Origin: Epithemia pelagica
Lineage: Eukaryota > Protista > Bacillariophyta
Length of the DNA stretch: 64,000 bases
Direction of reading: 5' to 3'
Assembly (NCBI GenBank): GCA_946965045.2
Contig: OX337237.1
Location: 1,736,001-1,800,000 of the forward strand
The notes beneath the pieces were generated by a model, which did no database searches, was not told where the DNA came from, and saw only the letters and a list, made by a program, of their open reading frames with translations. Of the stretch, positions 11,504 to 21,600 are shown one piece after another (position 1 is the first letter of the stretch; each line of letters begins with the position of its first letter). A program made the position numbers and the translations under genes.

Positions 11504-12289
11504 ATGTTGACAAGTCGTATCATGATGAATCGAGGCCTTTTGAGGTCTTCGAACGTTCGCTTGCTAACAACAAACCTTCCGGTGACCGCGAAGACATCAG
11601 TTCATGACGATGGCAACGAAGTCGCTGTTTCCTCTGTCGCCGAGAAATCCAAAAGGATGCGTCAGGATGATGCATTTTTGGTCAAAGGACCCACCGGTGA
11701 AGGAGTCCCTGCCCCGATTCTTCCCGAAGACCCGTCTGAATTGTCATACATGGATCCTGCTGATCTGGAAAACGAAGCGTCAAGATTCAAAATGGATGGG
11801 TCACTGCGAAAGGTAGTAATTCGCCAAGAACCGAAAAGTGCTCGCCAGGCACCGATTGATAATGAGTATTTCTGGCACATCAAATTTGATGAAGATGGTA
11901 GCAGTGCTGAAAATTGGAATAATTCCCTAATGGGCTGGAGGTCAAGTGGGGATCCGTATCAGACCGGTCCTCCTTTGCAGTTTAACAACGCCGCTGAAGC
12001 GGTTTATTTCGCGAAAAAACGTGGTTGGAAATATGTTGTTGAAGAACCGATCATGCGCATTATGGGTGACCTCGAGCAACAGTATCAGGACAATTTCTTG
12101 CCTCAAGCTATTGCTGCTCAAGTGAAAACGGAAGGAATCAATTGTCGTCATTGGGAACGATCTGCGGCTGGATCCTCGCATTACTTCCGGCCCCTCAAGT
12201 ACCATGGAGATGGAACCGTTCGACAGCATGGAGCCAATCGTGAAGGCGAAATTGCTCAAGGTGTGCCGGGATACTACAAGAAGAGGTAA
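11504..12289 (+). CDS. NDUFS4: NADH:ubiquinone oxidoreductase subunit NDUFS4 (complex I 18-kDa subunit)
   Basis: Arg-rich mitochondrial presequence-like start; motif WNNSLMGWRSSGDPY...LQFNNAAEAVYFAKKRGWKYVVEEP...YQDNF. Confidence 0.9.
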   Translation: MLTSRIMMNRGLLRSSNVRLLTTNLPVTAKTSVHDDGNEVAVSSVAEKSKRMRQDDAFLVKGPTGEGVPAPILPEDPSELSYMDPADLENEASRFKMDGSLRKVVIRQEPKSARQAPIDNEYFWHIKFDEDGSSAENWNNSLMGWRSSGDPYQTGPPLQFNNAAEAVYFAKKRGWKYVVEEPIMRIMGDLEQQYQDNFLPQAIAAQVKTEGINCRHWERSAAGSSHYFRPLKYHGDGTVRQHGANREGEIAQGVPGYYKKR

Positions 12290-12653
12290 TCACATTGATT
12301 GCGTTTCTCCTAAGTTGCTAGCCGACCATCTTTTGTGAATCTTCCAAAGAGTGAATAGTTGGGTAGGAGCTAGGATTACACTAAACATGTCGGATTGAAT
12401 TATTGTTCCCCTTACCTCTAGGTAGACCTCCTTCGTTCTACCGTAGCATAGAGGAGAACGCCGGAGTCTCTTGTTGTTGCTCCTTCTCGCTCTGCCTTCG
12501 GTATCCAATGCCCTTTGAATTATTGTAGTGGAGTCTCCTCAAACGATGGGGAGTTTGGTATTCGAATCGTGCGCCAGCGGTTAAACCCGTCAAGACATTC
12601 GCGGAAATCTTGGTCGTCGCGTTCACTCAACGCACAGAAACGAAGAGGTGACC

Positions 12654-13753
12654 ATGAACCCCGAATAGTAAGTGTTTGAAAGACATACAGATCGGTCTCA
12701 ACCGGTGCATTTGTGAGCTTTGTCGTTGAGATGAGAGGAGTATCTGGCTGGTGCAACATGGCAGTAGGAAATGAGCTTCCTCGTTTCTAGCCGGTCGAAA
12801 TTCCGAAGTCGTTTCGTTTCGATTTCTTTAGTATAGATACATACAGAGTGGGTTGTTCGAGAATGAGAAAAATGATCCGGACTTGTACGCATTGCATGGT
12901 GTATTATCTGGTATAACTTGCAGCATTCATGTTGGTGTTGGTGACAGTGTATAGAAAAGATTTAATGGCCTCTGAATGGATTGTGCTGGTTATCTGCGTA
13001 TTTGCAATGACGCTTTGTGACATCGCCTTCTTCTTGCTGTTGTACTCACACGATTCCATTCTGCTTTAAAACAGCGATTATCTTTTCAAGCTTCTTCTCA
13101 TCGGAGACTCTGGTGTCGGAAAATCATGTTTGCTTCTGCGGTTCGCTGATGATACGTACACCGAGTCATACATCTCCACGATTGGAGTCGACTTTGTAAG
13201 TGTTTCTTTGGATCTTTCGACGACAACCGAGTGGTGGAACTTGTTCTTATGCTATCTCTCCTTTTGTCTTGTGCAGAAAATTCGTACTATTGAATTGGAA
13301 GCGAAGACTATCAAATTGCAGATTTGGGACACCGCTGGCCAAGAACGTTTCCGAACCATTACTTCGTCGTATTACCGCGGTGCCCATGGAATCATTGTTG
13401 TTTATGATGTTACGGACGCCGACTCGTTTAACAATGTGAAACAGTGGCTCCATGAAATTGACCGGTACGCGGCAGAGAATGTCAATAAGCTCTTGGTTGG
13501 AAACAAGAGCGATTTAACTGGCAAGCGTGTTGTCTCGACGGAGCAGGGCAAGGAGTTCGCTGACTCTTTGGGAATTGAATTCTTGGAAACTTCTGCCAAG
13601 ACGTCTTCCAATGTCGAGCAAGCCTTCCTTACCATGGCCTCTCAAATCAAGGCCCGAATGAAGACCCAGCCTGCTGCCGCTGGAGCACAAGCCGGAAAGG
13701 GCGGTGTGTCATTGCGTTCGCAACAAGTGAAGCAAAACAACGGCTGCTGCTAA
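12654..13753 (+). CDS. RAB1: Rab1/Ypt1 small GTPase, 3 exons (12654-12667, 13075-13195, 13277-13753)
   Basis: Spliced product [49 protein letters not shown]...[22 protein letters not shown]...NKSD...ETSAK, ending in GCC. GT-AG introns at 12668-13074 and 13196-13276. Confidence 0.97.
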
Positions 13754-14209
13754 GCGTTTCTAGTACATGTGGATTGGATGATCTTTGGGTGGATGGACAA
13801 TGTAGACCCGTTACACGGCTAAATGATATGACACTCTCGGCCGTGGTGTTTTAGACACAAATGTTTTAATTTCAATTCCGTAGTTCCTCTATGACTCTGT
13901 TTATCAAACTAGCGCAGCAATGTTCGATGGCGTGATGCGTGATATCCAATGAAGATTAAAGAAATCTAAAACGCAAAAAACACAGTCGTCTACAGAATAC
14001 CAAGGTGTCCGCAACAACTCGAGTGAACTTAGTAAAGGAGGGAAACTTCCCTTTTTCAACTTGGTGAAGTATCGATTAGTCCTATCCCAATGCTGTAATT
14101 TCGTAGTTCTCTAATAATGAGCTACATAGTATGAGCTGAATCGAAGAGGTGATCGCGGGATTGCCACATCTTGACAAGATACTGCTTGGGAACACGGCAC
14201 GACAATTTT

Positions 14210-15164
14210 CTACAAATCTTCGTCGTCATCGTCTGGCAGTGGCTGCGCTGCAGCATTTGCGAGGTCTTGTTCGTACTGCTGTTTCTGAGCAGCATCCAAT
14301 GAGGCCTCCGGAGGACGAAGGGCGGGAGCTTCAACAAAGTGAAGGTTGTTGTCGCCGGCCAACTTGCGTGCCAACCACAAAAAGGGCTTTTCGAAGTTGT
14401 AGTTCGATTTGGCAGAAATATCATAGTACTGCAAATTCTTCTTGCGATGAAAGGTGATTTGCTTGGCCTTTACCTTTCGGTCTTTGATTTCAACTTTGTT
14501 GCCACAAAGTACTATAGGGATATTCTCACAGACACGGGTTAAGTCCCGATGCCAGTTTGGTACATTTTTGTAAGTGATGCGGCTTGTCACATCGAACATG
14601 ATGATCGCGCATTGGCCCTGAATATAGTATCCGTCACGAAGACCCCCAAATTTCTCTTGTCCTGCTGTGTCCCAGACATTGAACTTGATGGGACCACGAT
14701 TGGTGTAAAAAATCAGAGGATGTACCTCCACACCCAATGTAGCTACGTATTTCTTTTCGAATTCACCTGTCAAGTGACGCTTGACAAACGTGGTCTTCCC
14801 AACACCACCTATCATAAAGAATAAATTTCAATGGTGAGAAAGAAAGAAGGATAGGGAAGCATGCAGAAACGTGAGATCGACAAATGATGGACTCAAATGC
14901 ATAGAATTACGGCGGATACTTACCGTCGCCCACCAAAATGAGCTTGAATTCAGGGGTTGCGTTTTGTTGTGCCTGTCCAACAGAATAAGTGAAAATACGT
15001 GAGGATCGCATCGCTTGCCGTGTTGAAGTTTGTGACTGTCCATTGTTCATGTGCACGTCCTAAACTCAAGGGAAGCAATGAAGCGCATCGGACGTCCGAC
15101 GCGGAGACCTTCGCTTCCGTGAAACATCAACCCTCTCCATGGTTAGATCTTATCTACTCACCAT
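14210..15164 (-). CDS. RAN: Ran GTPase, 3 exons (15164-15162 ATG only; 14972-14924; 14808-14210)
   Basis: Spliced product [38 protein letters not shown]...[17 protein letters not shown]..., acidic tail DDDDEDL. GTGAGT and GTAAGT donors with AG acceptors. Confidence 0.95.
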
Positions 15165-15577
15165 CTCTTTTGTTACGATTGCGATATGATGAAGAAAAGA
15201 GGCGCGTCTCGTTTCTCACTTCGAACTTCGAACGGCAACAAAGACTGAGTGTGAGGCGAATGGCGAACGAACAGCAGCAAGCAATGATCGTTGGTCTCAT
15301 CGGCTGTCGGCGCGCGCCTTCGAAGTGTCTGCTCGCCTGTCCGCGCCTGAACCCGGGACTCACGACTCATCACTCAACCATCAACCACAGACAAAAGTCC
15401 AGAGCAGCACAAGGGGAAACGATCATTGATCATGCTCAGTTGTTCTCTGGGAATGAAGACGTAAATCAGCCTTGGTTCTGCTTCTGTAGCCATAAGGTAG
15501 CTACGGCTGGTGCTGGCTGGTTGGAATCCTCCTGTTCGACTCCCTACTCCTACATCATCGAGTACGGTGGTTGAACC

Positions 15578-17998
15578 ATGCAATTTTGCTGTCATTTACG
15601 GCTGGTTTTCTTCTTTCTTTCCACAATCATGACACCTATGTTTGGGAGACGATACCAGGCATTCTATTTGTCAGCCATCATAGCGGAGCGAAAGACACAA
15701 GGAAATCTAATTGGTCGGACAGGAATGAGAGGTTGGGCATCAATCGCTTCATTTGGTTTCGGTCACCTGGCTCCGCGGCGAAGGTCACCACCGAGCGGCG
15801 GTGCTTTTGCATCGTCGCTTTCAACTCCATTGCATAGTCAACATATGACACCGTCGAGGCAATCTTTTGCGTTGGTATCGCGTCGAACATGTAAATTGTT
15901 CAGCACTAGCAATGTTGAGTCAGACAACAACAATCCAACACAGGAATGGAGAACTCATCTATCATCCTCCTTTGTTTGCCACATTCTTGTTCCGAGTGGT
16001 GATAGTGACGGAGCACCTATCACAGTTGAAGCTACTGTTTCCCAGGCGTTGAAGGAACGAAACAGTGCGAACAAAGATGACGTTGTAGAGTATAAAGCGC
16101 AAGACTTGATTTCGTTGGGGGCGGTTTGGTTCTTGTCTGCCGACGCCCCGCGAGATCCGGCGAAGGGCGTCAAAATAAGACGGTTGTCTTCGGACGAAGC
16201 TACAATGCCGCTTTCGGCGGGAGATTATTTAAGAGTTCACGTGGATCCACGTCGCTTTCCAATGGTTTATCGATACGATTGGAATGCTCGTTACATTGAG
16301 AAGGAACCTCTTCATGAGGGTAACGACACGGATAGTGATATACCGGAGAGTAAACTCACAAAGGAAACTCAGAAAATAGGTATTATCGTCGGCGAAGATC
16401 CAGGCAAGGGATGGTTGGTCATCAACAAACCATCTCATGTACCTGTTCACAAGACTGTGGACAATGGTATCGAAAACGCACAAACTTGCTTATATCAGGC
16501 ACGAACTGCGCAAGATGCGACGCTTAGTAAGGATGTCATCGCTACACTGGGGGAGGATGTGTATGTTCACCCCACCCACCGACTGGACCAGAACACTTCT
16601 GGATTGTTGGTCGTGGCGACTGCTAAAGTGTTTGCTGCGTACTACTCGGCACTGCTTCGGACGAAAACTGAAAAACGACTCGACTCAAAGGGTGGCCACA
16701 TCCATTCTGATTCACCGGGAGACCGTCATGAAGGAATTCACAAGCTGTATAAGTGCCTTGTTTGCTTGTTACCAACAAATTCCACCGATTTGTATGTACA
16801 AGAACAAGAACGACTGGTCGGGAATGAAACAATCATGTCTAATGCCACAACGCCTTGGTCTGTCGTGAAAGCAATGCAGTTTTTGACAGATTCTAGGAAC
16901 AAAGTCATCCGACACTGGTTGGAACCCACCATACGAGCCCCCAAGAGATTCTGGAATAAAGTTCCATGTCCTGACACGAATACGGAGGGTCGAACGAAGA
17001 ACACAGCTTCTTGGCTTGAGTCACTATTGAAGATCACCTACGTCGGCAAACCCTGTGCCTTGGTGGGCAATGCGAAGGGCGAAGACCTAGCTGCCCAGTT
17101 GTGGGGGGATGTCGACAAAAAAGATAACTTTTCTTTTTCGAATGGTGAGACTTCCGTGCATGCCATGCCGGAAGCATGTCAAGCAGTAGTTGAACTGCAT
17201 ATTGAGCTCCTTACAGGAAGAACGCACCAAATCCGTGGTCAACTTTCCGCATTGGGTTTTCCTCTCGTGGGCGATGTCCAGTACGGAGGAGCCGTTGAGC
17301 GGAAAAGGAAAGTGCAAGCAGATGGGAGCGTCAAATCTCCCATCCCATTCCGATTGGCTCTTCAGTGCCACCAGCTCGAATTCTTAGACCCTGACGAGGT
17401 GGAGAATGACGATGGGGAAACTAAGCTGATTCCATCCACACGTTGGAACCGGTTTACACTCAATCATTCGTGGTGGTCCACGTTTCTGCACCAGTATCAA
17501 ACGGATAGCAGTAACCAGGAGTATTTGGACCAGGACGCAACCATGAATTCCGACAATGAGGAGTGGGTCAGTGGTGCGTCCGAAAAAGATACGATAGGCC
17601 AAGAACAGAAGAACAAAAAGAGACTGCGGTCCGAGTATTTGCCAGATCGTGTGCAGCTTTCCCCCGGCAAAAACAAGTATGTTCTCGTCCGAGCATTTGC
17701 GAGCGACGAAGAAGAACAAGAAGAATATTGGTTTGTCAAGTCGGCCACACCCAGAGAATGTGGTGGTCCATATCACGGGAATGTTGCTCAGGATTTGCGT
17801 GAATGGATTGAGGCTGCGGGATACGACGTGGAGGTAACGGGAGGAGGTAGGATTGACTATGATCGTGATCGCAACACGTGCCTTGTTTATGGCTTTAGTT
17901 ATGGATTTGGTAAAGGAAACCATGAATTTGCGGTCAAGATCATTCGAGAGCATACGGGGATTTTGGCATCGTTTGACAACACGGATGGAATCTATTGA
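15578..17998 (+). CDS. RluA-family pseudouridine synthase fused to a C-terminal Janus/Ocnus (PHP14 phosphohistidine phosphatase-like) domain
   Basis: RluA motifs INKPSHVPVH, HRLDQNTSGLL and LLTGRTHQIR...LGFPLVGDVQYG. C-terminal 17642-17995 has NKYVLV...YHGNV...GGGRI...YGFSYGFGKGNH, which matches PHP14 motifs. Confidence 0.88.
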   Translation: MQFCCHLRLVFFFLSTIMTPMFGRRYQAFYLSAIIAERKTQGNLIGRTGMRGWASIASFGFGHLAPRRRSPPSGGAFASSLSTPLHSQHMTPSRQSFALVSRRTCKLFSTSNVESDNNNPTQEWRTHLSSSFVCHILVPSGDSDGAPITVEATVSQALKERNSANKDDVVEYKAQDLISLGAVWFLSADAPRDPAKGVKIRRLSSDEATMPLSAGDYLRVHVDPRRFPMVYRYDWNARYIEKEPLHEGNDTDSDIPESKLTKETQKIGIIVGEDPGKGWLVINKPSHVPVHKTVDNGIENAQTCLYQARTAQDATLSKDVIATLGEDVYVHPTHRLDQNTSGLLVVATAKVFAAYYSALLRTKTEKRLDSKGGHIHSDSPGDRHEGIHKLYKCLVCLLPTNSTDLYVQEQERLVGNETIMSNATTPWSVVKAMQFLTDSRNKVIRHWLEPTIRAPKRFWNKVPCPDTNTEGRTKNTASWLESLLKITYVGKPCALVGNAKGEDLAAQLWGDVDKKDNFSFSNGETSVHAMPEACQAVVELHIELLTGRTHQIRGQLSALGFPLVGDVQYGGAVERKRKVQADGSVKSPIPFRLALQCHQLEFLDPDEVENDDGETKLIPSTRWNRFTLNHSWWSTFLHQYQTDSSNQEYLDQDATMNSDNEEWVSGASEKDTIGQEQKNKKRLRSEYLPDRVQLSPGKNKYVLVRAFASDEEEQEEYWFVKSATPRECGGPYHGNVAQDLREWIEAAGYDVEVTGGGRIDYDRDRNTCLVYGFSYGFGKGNHEFAVKIIREHTGILASFDNTDGIY

Positions 17999-18663
17999 GA
18001 GTTACGACAATGGATCTGGACCACGACTCAACACACTGGACAGTGTCGAGACTTGTGGCTCATGAGTATTATCTCCACCAAGAAGCACGAAACGTGATTA
18101 GGCTCAGGAACAGGATCGCGTTTCTTCTGGAGCACGATGAGGAAATACGCCAGGAATCAGGGCTGTGGAGGCTCGTTCTTGATGGAGACCTCGGCTTGGA
18201 ACTGTGCCTCCCCTATTGGCGTGAAACCTTTCAAACATCGACTACTTTTGCTTGGCGTCATTGTTCATGTGTTTGGACAATGGACGAGAACATGCGCAAA
18301 AGGGTATAGTGAGAAAGAGTTGAAGCGGATAGAGGAAAGCTAGCATCGATGTTCAGGTTCTACCTAGTCGGAGTATATTTTTGGACAGCTAGGGCGTGTG
18401 AATTATAGCCCAACCAACTGTGTCCTCATCGCTACATCTGAGTGGTTCCGGACAGCTAGCCGTCAAGGCTCGTGCAATGCGGAATCATAATTTTGACCCT
18501 TGGACTCTTCACAAAGGTATCTTGCTCTATCCGTATTGATTGGTTGTCCTTTCCTTGTTGATCCAATCGCCGTGGGTAAAGATCATCAAGGTAGTTGCAA
18601 GTTCTTATTTTGGAACGACCGCCACAACCATTCCAGAAGATCTATCTACACTCGAGACAGGAA

Positions 18664-21600
18664 ATGGATTCATCCTCCCCCTTGACACGGGATTCCTCTT
18701 CGTCATTGTCCCTGATCGTTGCCTCCCAACCGTGTACCAGGACTGTGTCGTTGTTTGTGCCAGCCATTGTGAGCGCGCTTCTCTTTCTGTATCCCATTGC
18801 AGCGGTGGTCGTTCTGGCCGGCACTAGTGACAGTTTGGAAACTCAAGGGACAAGTCCCGAGACCACCACAACCACAATACTCGCCAGCTCGTCGAATTCC
18901 GTAGTCGCGTCCTCCTCTATCGTTCACGATGACACTTCGTCACCACCGATAGTACCGTCGTATCATCACAAACGAATGCCAACATTGAGAGCCACTCGCA
19001 GACGACAGCCACCTTCCGAGACAGCCCGAGCAGAAGGTACCAAAGTTCCAACCGAGACAACGGGATCCCCATCCTCCAAGGATATCCTTCGTGAAAGGGC
19101 CAAGGCGACCGAGGATCCATGTCCCGAACAGGCAATCGAGCACACGGTACCAGCACAGAATGCCGAGTCCTCCACGGTCCAACAGTCTCGAGACGACCAT
19201 CCTTCTCGGAAACCATCAGTGACTCGTCAATCCATGTATTCTTCACGTCGTCGTACGGGACAAGGCAGTACCGCTCGCTTGCAGACCAACGACAGGGCCA
19301 ACGGGGAGCCGCACTGTCCCGTCGGACAAGTTCCCAGGTGGATGGTGACTACAGGACTCCAAGGCAGCATGATCGAGAGAACCGGGTCGGCGCAGTCCGA
19401 CCTTGGCGACAATGATCAAGGATCCATCAAGACGCTCCACAACGCCCGAAAAGGACAAGAACAGGGAATGACAGAAGAAGGGAATCGACTATCAATAATG
19501 TCTCCTACTGGGGGCAATGACCTTGATGGTATCGGTATCTCTTCACCACAGTTCGATGAAACGAAGAGTCGTCCCTCAGATAGCGACACGACCAGTACCG
19601 TTCCAAACAGTGAGGATGACGTCCAAGGAAATGATCACGTCGATTCGGATCAAACGAGTCCATCACGTATCCACCACGGAGTTGCCGTGGATCGAAGCAA
19701 AGTCATGGATCCTCAAGACATGCCTGACAAGGATGGGGAATCGTATTCTAGCATACCCAGAGCGACCGACCAATTTCCATCTGTGGAACGTGGGCCGCAA
19801 CCGACCAAGACGCCTTCCCTCAATCTAGAAAACGTGCCGCTGGGCCACCCTTCCAATCGTCGAATGCTTCGGTCCCTTGCAATCCACACCAGAGAAGCTA
19901 GTAGTGAAAATGACAGGGAAGGCTCGAAGGATGTTCCATGTTCGGAACGGTCCAACACAATGACGCCTGCATCCAAAATAGATGTCACGCACAAGATGGA
20001 ACTATCGTCCTTTTCAAATGTGCAAGCTGCCAAGGAACAGGAGGCTAGGAAAACTGGGAAACGATCCAAGGATAAAGATGATACAGATGACAATTTCAAT
20101 TCTCGACCCTCGGAAAAGAGCACACTTTCCGACGAGAATCAACACAACCACTCTTCCCAACAATGGTACTGTGTACCAGTCACAGCACCTCCCAAGCAGT
20201 CTTTATCGTGGAGCATTCCTCCGACCGCCAACAAGGAGGACTTACCTAACGTTTCTTGGATGGATCATTCTACCGGTGAGAATGGTGTGGCTCCATCACC
20301 AATAGCTGCCATGGATTCCCATCCTCTCGCATGGACTCTGCAGGAGATTCCTTCCGTTCCTATACCAAAAGTGGTTTCCATTTCAAAAGATCAGCCATCG
20401 ATCAAGGAACCCAAGATGGCATTACCAGCAGCTTCCACCCCAACACCTGCACCGCTTGTCACACCAAGTTCATGGCACGTTCCGAGTGCTGAACCTTCCA
20501 CCCGTCTTCTTCCAACGGCAAAGGTACTTTTGAGTACAAATACTTTTAGTGACACAGCAACCTCAGTGCATTCGGAAACTTCACCAAATGCAGCCACGAA
20601 AGAGCCAATGGTGCAAATCACTCCCAGTCGGGCTCCATCCACAAAGTTCCCAGAGCAGGAAGGTCACACCTCCCCGAGCTTGCAGCCATTGGTGGTATCC
20701 ACAAGCCAAGACATTAAACCGTTGGGTCACAAAGTATGGAACACTGGAAATTCGCGTTCCCCTGTTCCCCATCCAACTGTGGGACACACATCCACGCCAC
20801 GCACGGTCCCGCCTCCAACCATGCCCTACCCGTCTCCGAGACCCCCCATTACTGCACCTCCAACCGGTGTGTACGCGAACGAGCAACCCACTGCCTGGAA
20901 TCGTGCTGATACCGCGGTTCCTTCCCTTCCCAGCGCTTCATTAGAGCGCATCCAAGATGTGGTCGAGATCACCCCGCGGCATCTTGGAGATCTTCCCTCC
21001 TCATCCGACAGTAACCCGGTCACAACGATTAGCCCCACTTCCTTCCCAACTGAAGGTCCTACCGTTCTCCCCACAGAAGGTCCCACTGTGCTCCCTACGG
21101 AAGGTCCCAGTGTACTTCCCGCCGAGGGCCCCACCGTTCTTCCAACAGAAGGTCCCACTGTGCTACCTACGGAAGGTCCCAGTGTACTTCCCACCGAGGG
21201 CCCCACCGTTCTCCCCACAGAAGGTCCATCTGTGCTACCTACGGAAGGTCCCAGTGTACTTCCCACCGAGGGCCCCGCCGTTCTCCCCACAGAAGGTCCA
21301 TCTGTGCTACCTACGGAAGGTCCCAGTGTACTTCCCACCGAGGGCCCCACCGTTCTTCCAACAGAAGGTCCATCTGTGTTACCTACGGAAGGTCCCAGTG
21401 TACTTACCACCGAGGGCCCCACCGTTCTTCCAACAGAAGGTCCATCTGTGTTACCTACGGAAGGTCCCAGTGTACTTACCACCGAGGGCCCCACCGTTCT
21501 CCCCACAGAAGGTCCATCTGTGTTACCTACGGAAGGTCCCAGTGTACTTCCCACCGAGGGCCCCACCGTTCTTCCAACAGAAGGTCCATCTGTGTTACCT

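Noticed and set aside
12668-13074. Long RAB1 intron 1 (407 nt) as a snoRNA host
   Set aside because: No canonical C box (RTGATGA) and D box pair with terminal stem recognised; a covariance-model search would be needed.
14999-15574. 191-aa plus-strand ORF overlapping the RAN 5' region
   Set aside because: Antisense to the RAN intron, first exon and promoter, with no recognisable protein features.
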